A DNA stretch of 64,000 nucleotides, taken from positions 16,306,001 through 16,370,000 of the forward strand of contig OZ024761.1 in NCBI GenBank assembly GCA_964016885.1. Reading direction: 5' to 3'. This document shows, piece by piece, positions 1 through 14,336 of this stretch. The notes below the pieces were generated by a model. The model saw only the letters and a program-made list of their open reading frames with translations, was not told the origin of the DNA and did not search any database. The DNA is from Eledone cirrhosa. Its lineage: Eukaryota. The first letter of the stretch is position 1; each line of letters opens with the position of its first letter. The position numbers and the translations under genes were made by a program.

Positions 1-735
<735 letters not shown>

Positions 736-1010
736 GTGTGTTTTGTTTCATGTGTCACTAGGTTAGTAGGTCAGCTGTCCATCTCTCCCCTCCCCATCCC
801 TCTCTCTTTCCTTGCCTACTCCTCCCATCACCCCACTACCACCCCACCCACTACCCCTCTCAGCTGTGACTTAGAAGACTCGGATTTCTCAGTAGTCAGG
901 CCCCACCACCAACATCACCACCACTGCCTACACCACCATCAGATAACATATTTACCACCACCACCACTACTACCACATTCCACCGCCATCACCACCACCA
1001 CTATTACCAT

Positions 1011-1041
<31 letters not shown>

Positions 1042-1849
1042 GTAACAACACCACTGCAACACCACCACCACCACAACCACCTCTCTTATTATTAACACAA
1101 AGACTATACCACTACAGCAACTACTACTATTACTACTACTACTACTAAACAGCCCCACTATTATTAGTGCATGGAAACTATACCACCACCACTACCACCA
1201 CCACCACTACCACCACTACCACCACTACTACCACCACTACCACCACCACCAACAACAACAATTTGACAATACAACTGTAGATCCTGGTGCAACAAAGAAG
1301 AAAGAGGGAGAAGGAGGGACCGTGTTGCTACCTGCTCCCCCCCCCATTACTGCACCTCCACCGCCACCACCATGACCTATTGACCGTTTGACCAGGCTTC
1401 TAACCACCACCACCACCACCACCACCTCTACTGTAATACTATTGCAACATCACTACCACATCAGTCTTCTATAAGGACTTCTTTCTAACCCCTACTATAT
1501 CAACATCACTGTAACAGCACTACTGTCACCTGTACTGTAGCACCACTACCACCACAGCACTACCACTACAATACCAACACCACCACTACAATACCAACAC
1601 CACTTCCACCATAGCGCTACCACTAACACTACTGTAACACACACACACCATTGCAATACTACCACTACAATACCAACAACTCCACCACTAAAACTACCAC
1701 ATCTACCACTGCGACACTACTTCCATTACCACCTCTATTGCAACACCACCACCACCACCACCACCACTACAACTACCTTAACACCACTGCAACACTACTA
1801 CCAATACCACCACTATCACTGTTGCTACACTACCACCACCACCACCACC

Positions 1850-2785
1850 ACTTGCTACAACACCACTACCACCATAACACTATTGCTACAACACCACTAC
1901 CACCATAACACTATTGCTACAACACCACTACCACCATAACACTATTGCTACAACACCACTACCACCACCACCACCATAGCACTATTGCTACAACACCACT
2001 ACCACCATAACACTATTGCTACAACACCACTACCAGCAACACCACTACCACCACCACCACCATAGCACTATTGCTACAACACCACTACCACCATAACACT
2101 ATTGCTACAACACCACTACCACCACCACCACCATAGCACTATTGCTACAACACCACTACCACCATAACACTATTGCTACAACACCACTACCAGCACCACC
2201 ACCATAGCACTATTGCTACAACACCACTACCACCACTACCACCATAACACTATTGCTACAACACCACTACCACCACCACCACCATAGCACTATTGCTACA
2301 ACACCACTACCACCACCACCACCATAACACTATTGCTACAACACCACTACCACCACCACCACCATAGCACTATTGCTACAACACCACTACCACCACCACC
2401 ACCATAGCACTATTGCTACAACACCACTACCACCATAACACTATTGCTACAACACCACTACCACCACCACCACCATAGCACTATTGCTACAACACCACTA
2501 CCACCACCACCACCATAACACTATTGCTACAACACCACTACCAGCACCACCACCATAGCACTATTGCTACAACACCACTACCAGCACCACCACCATAGCA
2601 CTATTGCTACAACACCACTACCACCACCACCACCATAACACTATTGCTACAACACCACTACCACCACCACCACCATAGCACTATTGCTACAACACCACTA
2701 CCACCACCACCACCACCATAGCACTATTGCTACAACACCACTACCACCACTACCACCACCACCACAACACTCTTGCTACAACATC
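1850..2785. repeat. Minisatellite, ~31-40 bp unit CACTATTGCTACAACACCACTAC(CAC)nCATA
   Basis: More than 20 head-to-tail units with variable CAC number. Confidence 0.92.
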
Positions 2786-3065
2786 ACCCCGGCATAATTT
2801 TGCTGAATCAGCATTAATCTGGGACTAAACAACAACAACAACCTTTACTATGTCTGGGGACCACAAGCGTATGCTGTATATATGGCAGTAGGCTGTGATT
2901 TGTGGGACATTTTACTGCTGTTTCTAGCATGGAGAAGCTCTGGATGTGACTTATGATTGGCTCCAGTTCAGACATGGCCACATAGACCTATAATTAGCCA
3001 GTCTAACCATGACCATCTCGTCTTTTATTCAGATATATTGTATGTTATCTTGAATTACATTCTCC

Positions 3066-3150
3066 AAGGCAGCTGGCTAGCCTAGTGGTTAAGGCGTTAG
3101 ACTTATAATCATAAAAGGTTGTGGGTTCAATTTTTAGACTGGGCATCATG
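3066..3150 (+). mobile_element. tRNA-derived SINE head fragment
   Basis: A-box-like TAGCCTAGTGG and B-box-like GGGTTCAATT; resembles the head of the SINE at 17705. Confidence 0.6.
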
Positions 3151-3154
3151 TATT

Positions 3155-3800
3155 CCTACTGTCTAAAATAACAGCCACATCTCCCTCAGTTCCCATCCTA
3201 CTGTGTAGAAATAGTAGTCAAATCTCTGTCAATTCACACCCTACTGTGTAGAAATAGAAGCTAAATCTCCCTCAATTCTCACCCTACTGTGTAGAAATAG
3301 CAGCCAAATCTCCCTCGATTCACTCTCTATATAGAAATAATAGCCATATCTCCCTCGAATCACATATTGTATAGAAATAGCAGCCAAATCTCCCTCAATT
3401 CATACCCTACTGTTTTTGAGATAGCAACCAAATCTCCCTCAATTCATACCCTACTGTGTAGAAATAGTAGCCAAATCTCCCTCATTTCACACCCTACTGT
3501 GTAGAAATAGCCAAATCTCCCTCATTTTACACCCTACTGTTTTTGAGATACCAGCCAAATCTCCCTCAATTCATACCCTACTGTGTAGAAATAGTAGACA
3601 AATCTCCCTCAATACACACCCTACTGTGTAGAAATAACCAAATCTCTCTCAATTCATACCCTACTGTTTTTGAAATAGCAGCTAAATCTTCCTCGATTCA
3701 CTCCCTATATAGAAATAGCAGCCAAATCTCCCTCAAATAACACTATACTGTGTAGAAATAACAACTAAATCTCCCTTAGTTCACACCTTACTGCTTTTGA
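3155..3800. repeat. Minisatellite, ~41-44 bp unit AAATCTCCCTCAATTCACACCCTACTGTGTAGAAATAGCAGCC
   Basis: ~15 degenerate tandem units; related single motifs near 6290 and 6443. Confidence 0.9.
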
Positions 3801-3992
3801 AAGAAAAATCGAGTACTGGGAGTCAATTCTTCTTCTGTATCTCTTTTTATCACTTAAGGTTTCTCTAGACAAAATATGATTGTGTTCAGACCTAGAGAAA
3901 AGGATGGGTTCTGCCAGGTTTGAATGCCTAGATATCACGACAGCGCTTTCTATGATACCATCCCATGGGTGAATGGCCCATGGGTTATTATT

Positions 3993-5022
3993 GGTGGATT
4001 GGCAGTATCGGCAGAGGGTCGGACGCCATACTTTCCAGCATAGTTACGACCCTTTACGATCTGAGTTCAAATCCCGCCGAGGTTGACTTTACCTTTCATC
4101 CTTACGGGGTCGATAAAATAAAGTACCAGTAATGCACTGGGTAATTGCTGGCCTTGTGCCTAAAGTAGAAACAATTATTATTATTATTATTATTAAGGGT
4201 GGCAGAATCGGTAGAGCGTCAGACTTTGCGGTATTGAGTTATGGCTGTTTATGTTCTGAGTTCAAATCTCTCTGAGGTTAGCTTTGCCTTTCATCCTTAT
4301 GGGGTCGATAAAATAAAGTACCAGTCATACACTGGGGTCAATTTACTCAACTTTCCCCTCCCTCCAAAATTGTTGGCCTTGTGCTTAAATCAGAAACCAT
4401 TATTAATAAAGGCAGTGGATTGGCAGAATCGGTAGAGCGTCGGACAACATGCTTTGCAGCATTGAGTTACGGCCCTTTACAGTCTGAGTTCAAATCCTTC
4501 TGAGGTTAGCTTTGTATTTCATCCTTATGGGTTCAATAAAATAAAGTACCAGTAACGCACTGGGGTCGATTTAATCAACTTTCCCCCCTCCCAAATTGTT
4601 GGCCTTGTGTCTAAATCAGAAACCATTATTATTATTATTGGATTGGCAGTATCGGTAGAGGGTCTGACGCATAGAGTTACGGCCCTTTCCATTCTCAGTT
4701 CAAATCCCGCCGAAGTTAACTTTACCTTTCATCCTTACGGGGTCGATAAAATAAAGTACCAGTAATGTACTGGAGTAATTGCTGGCCTTGTGCCAAAAGT
4801 AGAAACAATTATTATTATTATTATGAGGGGTGGTGGATTGGTAGTATTGGTAGAGGATCAGACACCATGCTTTGCAGCATGGAGTTACGGCCCTTTATGA
4901 TCTGAGTTCAAATCCCGCTGAGGTTAACTTTGCCTTTCATCCTTACGGGGTCGATAAAATAAAGTACCAGTAATGCACTGGGATAATTGCTGGCCTTGTG
5001 CTAAAAGTAGAAACAATTATTA
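3993..5022 (+). mobile_element. Head-to-tail array of five SINE-A copies (tRNA-derived, (ATT)n tail)
   Basis: Repeated GGATTGGCAGTATCGGTAGAG...GAGTTCAAATCCCGCCGAGG...CCTTTCATCCTTACGGGGTCGATAAAATAAAGTACCAG...GAAACAATTATT. Confidence 0.93.
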
Positions 5023-5400
5023 TCATAAGGATGGTGGGTTTGCAGGCTCGTTAGGGCTTTGCAGCTATTTACTTATATTCTAAATTCAGCTTTGCCTTTC
5101 ATACTTTTGAGGTTCATAAAGTACTAAGTAGTTCAGTACTTGGTTCCATTCTTCCTCTCTCTCACATTGGAGGAAATCAGCTGTGTCCACACTTAGAGAA
5201 GGAGCCTCACCCCTCCCCCGTGACTCAATCAGGAATTCAGAGCCCATGGTTGGATCTATATAATAGATAAGAAACTCCTTTTCAGTGTTTTTTAAAACAA
5301 ACAAGCAAGGGAGATAACTCCCATGAAATCAGTTGATTGAAAATATAGAAGATACAGCATGTGGAGAGTGGTTCTGTTCCTTAGAACCAACTGGTGAAAG

Positions 5401-5440
5401 CAACTGATGTATTTCAGGCGTATTAGGCCTCCTCAGTGAG
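5401..5440 (-). ncRNA. Possible degenerate minimal hammerhead ribozyme
   Basis: Minus strand CTGAGGA-GGC(CTAATAC)GCC-T-GAAA-TACA-TC; stem I does not pair well. Confidence 0.3.
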
Positions 5441-5984
5441 GCATATTCTACTCTCGCGATCAATATCATCATCATTTTATGTTTGTATTTCCACGTTGGA
5501 ATGGGTTGGTAAAATGTTACTACTGAGTCGGAGCTATCACTTTCCTGGATTGTTCAGGAGACTACTCTCAATGGAAATGTTCCACTTTTGATATGGCTTC
5601 CACGCCTCTATCGTTAAAACACTGAAGAAGTCTCTCATGAGAATTAGCCAGGTAGGAAGCCAACAAAACCCTCGAGAAATGTCCTTTGAGAGGGTAACCT
5701 TGTGAGATGCCTGCAAAACCTACATACGTGTAGCAAACAAACGACTCATTATCTAACATCGCTATTAAAATGGGAGCTGTTTGTGATCCTTCGATTTGCT
5801 AAAGATGGCAATCAAGTTCTCTCAAATCACGCTCTCCTTCTTCCAGCCATTTTCGAAAAACGACCCGTGTTGGGTAATGTGGTCTTGGGGTGTCCCCCTT
5901 GCACATGGGTAAAAGACGGAATGGCCACAGTTAGAGATCTGTTTGTTCTATCGGGGCTAAACAACACCGATATTTGACACCATT

Positions 5985-6200
5985 TAGTCCTCAAACACTC
6001 CTTCCAGCGGGTCCTGTCAGAAGCAATCGTCTCCAACTGATCCCGCTGGATTCCCAAACGAGACCAGCCAGGCTCATGGATGTTTTCTAACCATCTTGCT
6101 CTGGGTCTCCTACCAGTTGTTTTTACCTATAAAATCTGTCCAACGATTCTTTCTTTAGACATTCCATCCACGGAGATATTTGGAACAGAATTATTCCTCG
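5985..6200 (-). mobile_element. Non-LTR (RTE-like) 3' fragment
   Basis: Encodes GIQRDQLETIASDRTRWKECL; homologous copies at 43270-43720 (-) and 61715-61940 (+). Confidence 0.6.
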
Positions 6201-6511
6201 GAGATATAAAACTTCCAACAGAAACCGGCTGATACCATGCCGTCTCGAAACTATCCCAAACACCATCTCTAACAGTCTAATAGCCCCCTAAATCACACCC
6301 TACTGTCTTTGATAAGAACAAAAGAAGAGCTGGCCGTGTCGACAGTGATCGTACTTCTGCCCGATCATTGCTGACCTGTGGCTAAACAACCGCATTCCGC
6401 CATAGCAAGCTAAAGAGAGATCTTTTACAGTCATTCGAGTTGCTAGAAATAACAGCCAAATCTATTTGAAATCGCACTTTAAGTAAGGAAAGGCCACAGT
6501 GATTAATCTAG

Positions 6512-6563
<52 letters not shown>

Positions 6564-7050
6564 ATAGCAGGCGAAACTCCAGAGGTAACAAGACTCACTG
6601 TAAAATGAACACACACACACATATATATATATATGAATAAATTAAAGACAGGTTGGTCACGACTGGAAGTTTTTGATTAAGTCTGCTCGATCATGGCTGA
6701 CCCGAGGTTAAAATAACATTAACTTCACTTTCCTCAAACCACTACACATCGCCTTAACAAGGCCACCATCGACACCACTTCCCCCCACTAGCAACAACAC
6801 TATACCTCAAGCTACTACGCACCACCACAACCACCAGATCTACCACCACCACCGTCACTGCAGGAGAGATAGCGAGAGAGGGAAGGAAGGAGGGAGAGAG
6901 AGAGAGAAATGGTTCAACTGCGTGTTTGTATTATCATCCTGCGAGATAATCTAAAATAAGTGCTAAAAATAGAGCTGATCTCCTTTTCTGCTTTTTATAA
7001 TAAAGACAAGCTCTCTCAACCTCACACCTCAGCTGACACATATATACAGA

Positions 7051-7081
<31 letters not shown>

Positions 7082-8320
7082 TGACACACCCACATTCACG
7101 CACAATCAATCAATCATGCACGCACTGCACCCACACACACACTAGCATAGCGCCTTTATATATATATATACACACACACGCACATACATACATGTTTGTA
7201 TCTCTCTCGCACTCTCTCTATATAAAGCATACCGTCACATTTATTATAAAACCAGCCAGCCCTTCCTCTCTCTGTCTCTCTCTCCCAAATCAACTCCCTC
7301 TGAAGGTGAATGACATACCCTCCTTCTCGCTCCCCCCACCGATTCTTTACCGGGTGGGGGTAAAAGTCTTAGCTAAAAAAAACAAAACATCAGCAAAACA
7401 ATGAATAAATAGATTAAAAAACCCTCCAAAAAACCCGAGATTATCTCCAGCTATGGGACACTGCATATTTCTGCACGGACAACCGCGGCGGACGACGATC
7501 TAGCAAGTAGGGCGTCGAAGGGGGGTAGCCGCGGACTATGGAAGGGTGGTGGGTGACTGGCACGTTAAACCACCACCACCATTATTATTATTATTATTAT
7601 CATCATCATCATCATCATCATCGCTGCTAGCACAACTACTACCGTCATGAACTCTCATCATCATCATCAACCTCTTTTCTCTTCCTACATCTCTTTCGTC
7701 CGTTGTCGTCTTATAAATAAATCCCTTCCTTCTTCCTTATGTGTTACAAAAGAGCTTGCGGCTGCCTCCGTCCCCTTCATTACTGCGTTTTAAAGAGAAA
7801 AAGGAGGGCAGGGTGATTAGAGAGAGAAAGCATTAATGTAGTGCTGTTGATGGTAGTGGCGGCGGCAACGGTGGTGAATGGAACTAAATGCAACCCTTCC
7901 TTTCACTCTCTCTCTCTCTCTCTCTCCCTCCGTCGGCCTCCAATTTTTTCACTCCTTCCTTCCTTCCTTCTCTGAATCTTTCTGCACAAACTTTCCATTC
8001 CATCCTCTCTCTCTCTCTGTTAGTGTAGTGGTGGTAGTGGTGGAGACGAGGATTATGGTAGTAGTGGTGGTGGAGGCGGCGTCGCTGGAGGTGATGATGA
8101 TGATGATGATGACGACGACGATGATGATGATAATAATAACAATAACAACAATAATAATAATAATCTTATGGGATCTGTCATTAGCAGGTGGATTAGAATG
8201 GCAGGTGAGAACACTGGAGGGCAAGGTTGTTGCTGCAGAGGAGAGTTGGAAGGAGGGCAGGAAGGACATAGAGAGAGAGAGAGAGAGAGAGTATTAAATG
8301 CCGGCAGTTTTTCTCGGTGT

Positions 8321-8370
8321 ATATGACCGTGTGTCAGTATATATATATATATATTGACACACGGTCATAT
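8321..8370. repeat. Short inverted repeat around (TA)n
   Basis: ATATGACCGTGTGTCA-(TA)n-TGACACACGGTCATAT. Confidence 0.9.
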
Positions 8371-8790
8371 ATATATATACACACATATATATATACACAC
8401 ATGTATACATTCTCATAGTATTTGTTCCTCTATAATTTCTTTCTCTTTACGTTTTCCCCCTCTCCTGCGCTCTCTCTCTCTCTCTATATATATATATAGT
8501 CTTTCATTTTAGAGTCACTCTATTAGTTTTTTTTAGTTTTTTCATTAGACTTTCTCTTTATACCCTGCACTCTCTCTCTCTCTCTCTCTCGCTCTCTCTC
8601 TAATTTGTCGATTCTTCACCCACCCCGCATCCGTAGTCGCCACCACCTCTACCACCTATTACACTGCTCTGGGTGATCTTTAATTGCCACTAGCAATCAT
8701 GTTGCTGTTGCACTGCCATTAACACACACACACACACACACACAAGAGAGAGGGGGGTTATATATAGAGAGAGATAGAGATAGAGAGGGT

Positions 8791-8831
<41 letters not shown>

Positions 8832-8854
8832 AGATAGATAGAGAGGGTTATATG

Positions 8855-8917
<63 letters not shown>

Positions 8918-9715
8918 AGAGATCTAGAGAAGGAAGCAGAGAGAGAGAGACAGATGTAGAGAGGGAAGCTGGGATAGAGAGGGACAAAGATATATATATA
9001 TAGAGAGAGAGAGAGACAAGGGAAGAGAAGGAGGGAAGGAGAGGGAGAGCAGTCAGTCAGTAGCTGGCTAAGTAGGTTAGTGGGATTCAAAACCACCCCG
9101 CTGCCACCCCTCTACTTGGCCTGCCAGATTCTAAAAGGTCAGTTACTAAATTGAGATAACTCACTGCTGCACCCGCTCTCCCACCCATCCACCCCATACA
9201 CAACTCCTTCTCCCCCCTCCATCACCATTTTGCTGTTCTCTAAAGTTGGTTTACTGGTTAGGAAAGGGGGTGCTCATTCACTCTCTCTCTCACTCTCATT
9301 CTTTCTCTCTCTCTCCCTCTCTCTCTCTATATATATATATATATCCTTCTTTCTCTTTTTCTCTTGTACACTGAGTCAGCCCAGAGAACGCATACACACA
9401 CACACATTTAAATACAGGTTGGTACACAAACATACATACGTACACAGTGAATGAGACAGGTTGACGCACACGCACACATACACACACATGTACAGTATGC
9501 ATACATACATACATACATTCTGACGAACTGGGTTACAGACATCACAACACACACATACTCATGTAAATGTACTTACATACACGCATAAACACACTCACGC
9601 TGTATGCTTCAAATTATCTAGAAACTATAGAAAACTTTGCAACTGATGTGTGTGTGAGTGTGTACGTCCTTGTTATAACTATTACACACTCACACCTAGT
9701 TACAAATACTTGCAA

Positions 9716-9746
<31 letters not shown>

Positions 9747-10303
9747 CACATTAACTGCAGTGTGCAAAGTATAGAAAAAACTTTTCTCCTGATTTTGTAT
9801 GTTAGATGTTCGTGTATAAAGCAAATACTCACACTATACTAGTTTATTCAGATGTACACATTTATAGTGTGTGTGTACTTGCAAACACATACTTACATAC
9901 ATACATACAGACAGACATATATACACACACACACATATACACATTAACTGCAGTGTTAAAAGTATAGAAAAAACTTTTCTCCTGATTTTGTATGTTACAT
10001 CGTGTATAAAGCAAATACTCACACTATACTAGTTTATTCAGATGTACACATTTATAGTGTCTGTGTATGTATGTATGTATGTATGCTCACGTTTTTTCAG
10101 ATGTACACACGTATATGCGTACGATGACACACACGCGCACACATATTTTTATAGTGTGTGCATATGTATGTGTATATATATATATATGTATATATATATG
10201 TATACTCAAGTTTTTTCAGATGTATACACGTATATATGCATACGATGATACACGCACATACATATATATATATATATATATATTTATAGTGTCTGTGTAT
10301 ATA

Positions 10304-10379
<76 letters not shown>

Positions 10380-10527
10380 CAAGATGATGACACAGGCATA
10401 TAACGCCTTATACATACTCATACATACGTTTACTCATGAATATATATACACACAACGCCTTAAACACGCACACACGTTTACACTAATGCATATATACACA
10501 CAACGCCTTATACACACACACACAATG

Positions 10528-10596
<69 letters not shown>

Positions 10597-11132
10597 TACG
10601 TTTATTCAGATATGTATATATACACACGTTTACTCAGGTGTCCTCTATTTTTAGCTGTGGTGTGGCGGAGCGTCTTGCTCAAGAACACAATGTGATGCCC
10701 AAGCCTAGGAATTGAACCCATGACTTTATGACCTAGGAATTGAACACCCTAACCAATGGGCCACACCACTGGAAAGATCACTAAATAGGGCTAGAACTTA
10801 TGTTTTATTGCAGAGTAGTTGAGAGGACTCTCTTTAGGGACTTTGTAGTTTAATGACACACACACACACATACACACACACACTTACATCTATTTATGGT
10901 GAAAGAGGGTAAAAATGGTAAAGATGCCCTTCAGTCACGAATGATGATGGGATTTGTACCTAGAAAGTCCTGGCTAGGTTGTTTGTGGTAGATCAGCAGT
11001 TGCCCATATCACTCTCCCCACTGATTTTGTCCAAAGGAAAGGGCAATGGTTGATGCAGCTTGGCACCAAGTGACATCATAACTCATTCCTACACTTGAGT
11101 GAATTAGAGCAACATGAGAAAAAGTGTCTTGC

Positions 11133-11562
11133 TTAACCCTTTAATGTTCAAACCGGCCAAAACTGGCCAGAATTCTCTACCTTTTTCTGTTGAAACTGGC
11201 TGTAACTGGTCACTCAAACTGATGTTAAGGTATTGTTCTCAAAATAAATACTTTCAAAATCTCATAGATTCGATATTATGTGAGATAATTATGCGAGGTA
11301 AAGCCTTTACCATGAAAATATAATTGTTTTTACTTTTGGCACAAGGCCAGCAATTATCCAGTGCATTACTGGTACTTTATTTTATTGACCCCGTAAGGAC
11401 GAAAGGCAAAGTTAACCTCGGCGGGATTTGAACTGAGAATGGCAAGGGCCGTAACTCTATGCTAGAAAGCATGGCGTCCGACCCTCTACCGATACTGCCA
11501 ATCCACTAGTACCATGAAAATATATTAGTATATATAGAGTAATGTGAATGCTAAAGGGTTAA
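11133..11562. mobile_element. piggyBac-like MITE carrying a nested SINE-A
   Basis: TTAA|CCCTTTA...TAAAGGG|TTAA termini; sibling copies at 35794 and 42848. Confidence 0.85.
11323..11509 (-). mobile_element. SINE-A with 15-bp TSD
   Basis: TACCATGAAAATATA at 11308-11322 and 11510-11524. Confidence 0.92.
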
Positions 11563-11789
11563 GGACACAACACATTGCCCGGTCTGAGAATTGAACTCAG
11601 AGCCCAATGCTCTAACCACTAATTCATTTATTCAGCCCCATCGCTCTCTGTCGAGCATAGGCCATTGACGACCTTTCTCCAGGGATGCTCGTGCCACTCC
11701 ACGCCAGTTGGCTTTCAGTTTTCTTAATTCAGCCTAAAGCTGCCGCAAGGTCGGCCTTGCTTCCTCTTACCCTGCCGTAACACAGAATC

Positions 11790-12348
11790 ATCATCATCAT
11801 CAACACCGTTTTACGTCCGTTCTTCCACGCTAGACGGGTTGTCCTGTTGTGGGCAGTGTCCAGTCGGCTGACCTTGTCTTGCTCATACAGGAACTGATTC
11901 TGGCTTGATTTCTACAGCTGGATGCCCTTCCTAACACCAACCTCATTTACAGTGAGTGCTGGCTGCTTTTTTGCCGTGGCACCTCCACGACCACTTTACA
12001 GTGTGGGCTGGGTGCTTTTTTGCCGTGGCACCTCCACGACCACTTTACAGTGTGGGCTGGGTGCTTTTTTGCCGTGGCACCTCCACGACCACTTTACAGT
12101 GTGGGCTGGGTGCTTTTTTGCCGTGGCACCTCCACGACCACTTTACAGTGTGGGCTGGGTTCTTTTTTGCCGTGGCACCTCCACGACCACTTTACAGTGT
12201 GGGCTGGGTACTTTTTTGCCGTGGCACCTCCACGACCACTTTACAGTGTGGGCTGGGTACTTTTTTGCCGTGGCACCTCCACGACCACTTTACAGTGTGG
12301 GCTGGGTGCTTTTTTTGCCGTGGCACCTCCACGACCACTTTGCAGTGG
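11790..12348 (-). mobile_element. SINE-B/C copy with internal 49-bp segment amplified ~8 times
   Basis: Unit GGTGCTTTTTTGCCGTGGCACCTCCACGACCACTTTACAGTGTGGGCTG at 12011, 12060, 12109 etc.; present once or twice in other copies. Confidence 0.9.
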
Positions 12349-12559
12349 GATAATAAATATATAAATTAGAATAGGGAGACCGAATAACCCTATCACTGCA
12401 TGTCATTTGAAGCGACTAAAAGGGTTGGTGTCTGGAAGGGTATCCAGGTGTAAAACATTGCCTTGAAATGTCCGACCCAACCTGTGCCATGCCAAAATGG
12501 AAAGGGCCAGTGTAAAATTGATGATGACACATGCATATATATATGGTATAAATCAAAGA

Positions 12560-13155
12560 AATATATAAATTTCTACACACACACACACACATTGGTATGG
12601 TGTCAACTATATATACATTTCTACACACATTTATATATAGTGTCAACAATATATATACATTTCTACACACATTTATATATGGTGTCAACTATATATACAT
12701 TTCTACACACATTTATATATAGTGTCAACTATATACATATTTCTACACACATTTAATATATAGTGTCAACAATATATATACATTTCTACGCACATTTATA
12801 TATGGTGTCAACAATATATATACATTTCTACACACATTTATATATGGTGTCAACAATATATATACATTTCTACACACATATGGTGTCAACAATATATACA
12901 TTTCTACACACACATATGGTGTCAACAATATATATACATATATTTCTACACACATTTATATATGGTGTCAACCGAATGAATATATAAATTTCTACAAAGA
13001 CACACACACATATTTCTACAGACACACACACATATTTCTACAGACACACACACATATTTCTACAGACACACTCACATATTTCTACAGACACACACACATA
13101 TTTCTACAGACACACACACATATTTCTACAGACACACACATATTTCTACAGACAC
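12560..13155. repeat. Two adjacent minisatellites (~38-40 bp ...GGTGTCAACAATATATATACATTTCTACACACATTT; ~22 bp TTTCTACAGACACACACACATA)
   Basis: Direct reading. Confidence 0.88.
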
Positions 13156-13266
13156 GCAATCATAGGTGCACAAGACATGGACACACAAGCACACACAGTT
13201 ATTACATATGTATTAAAATCATTTGAAAAGTGGCTTTTGGAGTGGTCTATTGTGTGTGTGTGTGGA

Positions 13267-13309
<43 letters not shown>

Positions 13310-13478
13310 CATTGGACTTAGTGTACTTAAAAACTACTTTGTGTTCATCACTTCTAAACTCATGTATGTGTGTATGTATGTATATATATATATATATACG
13401 TGTGTTTTTGTATATATTTATGTATATATAAATTCAATGATATTAAGTAAATGGAAACTATATTTATAAAACCATATT

Positions 13479-13539
13479 TATTCTATTATATATATTTCAA
13501 GGGTACCAACATTTTGGTTCGCTATCATCAGATAAAATA
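13479..13539 (-). ncRNA. Type I hammerhead ribozyme motif (Penelope-like minimal form)
   Basis: TATTTTAT-CTGATGA-stem II (ACCAA/TTGGT core)-GAAA-TATATA-TA-ATAGAATA; 8-bp stem I with one G.U; overlapping AATAAA. Confidence 0.75.
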
Positions 13540-13707
13540 CGAAGTGTGTTTTATAAATTTTGACATAACCAAGGAAATTATACCTTAACGGTTCCTTAAA
13601 GTTTTCTTTGGATAGTCTATTTAATAGTTTATTTAATATCATTGAATATTATACTCCAGAAAACTTGTTGAGTGCTCTGAATCAACAAATTGAATATCCC
13701 TTCTGCT

Positions 13708-13849
13708 TGTATGTATATATATGTATATATATATACGTATGTATATATATATATGTGTATGTATATATGTATATATATGTATATATGTATGTGCGTGCAT
13801 GCGTGTATGTATGTGTATGTATATATATGTATGTATGTATATATATAGG

Positions 13850-13882
<33 letters not shown>

Positions 13883-14023
13883 ATATATATATATATATGT
13901 ATGTATATATATATGTATATATATATATATATATGTATGTATATATATATGTATATATATATATATATATGTATGTATATATATATGTATATATATATAT
14001 ATATATGTATGTATATATATATG

Positions 14024-14054
<31 letters not shown>

Positions 14055-14055
14055 G

Positions 14056-14086
<31 letters not shown>

Positions 14087-14123
14087 GTATATATATATAT
14101 ATATATGTATGTATATATATATG

Positions 14124-14178
<55 letters not shown>

Positions 14179-14256
14179 GTATATATATATGTATATGTAT
14201 GTATATATATATGTATGTATATATATATATGATGTATGTATGTATGTATGTATGTA

Positions 14257-14292
<36 letters not shown>

Positions 14293-14336
14293 TGTATATA
14301 TATATGTATGTATGTATATATATATGTATGTATATG
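13708..14336. repeat. (TA)n/(TATG)n microsatellite
   Basis: Direct reading. Confidence 0.97.

Noticed and set aside
5550-5960. Possible GIY-YIG/Penelope coding remnant (DACKTYIRV)
   Set aside because: Too degenerate to support without a profile search
7453-7503. Short ORF MGHCIFLHGQPRRTTI
   Set aside because: 16 codons, no recognisable homology
9700-10060. ~190 bp direct duplication as a possible LTR pair
   Set aside because: Adjacent local tandem duplication without TG..CA ends, PBS or internal region
11960-12348. CRISPR-like appearance of regular repeats (also 23725, 26283, 37781)
   Set aside because: No unique spacers, no cas genes, eukaryotic context
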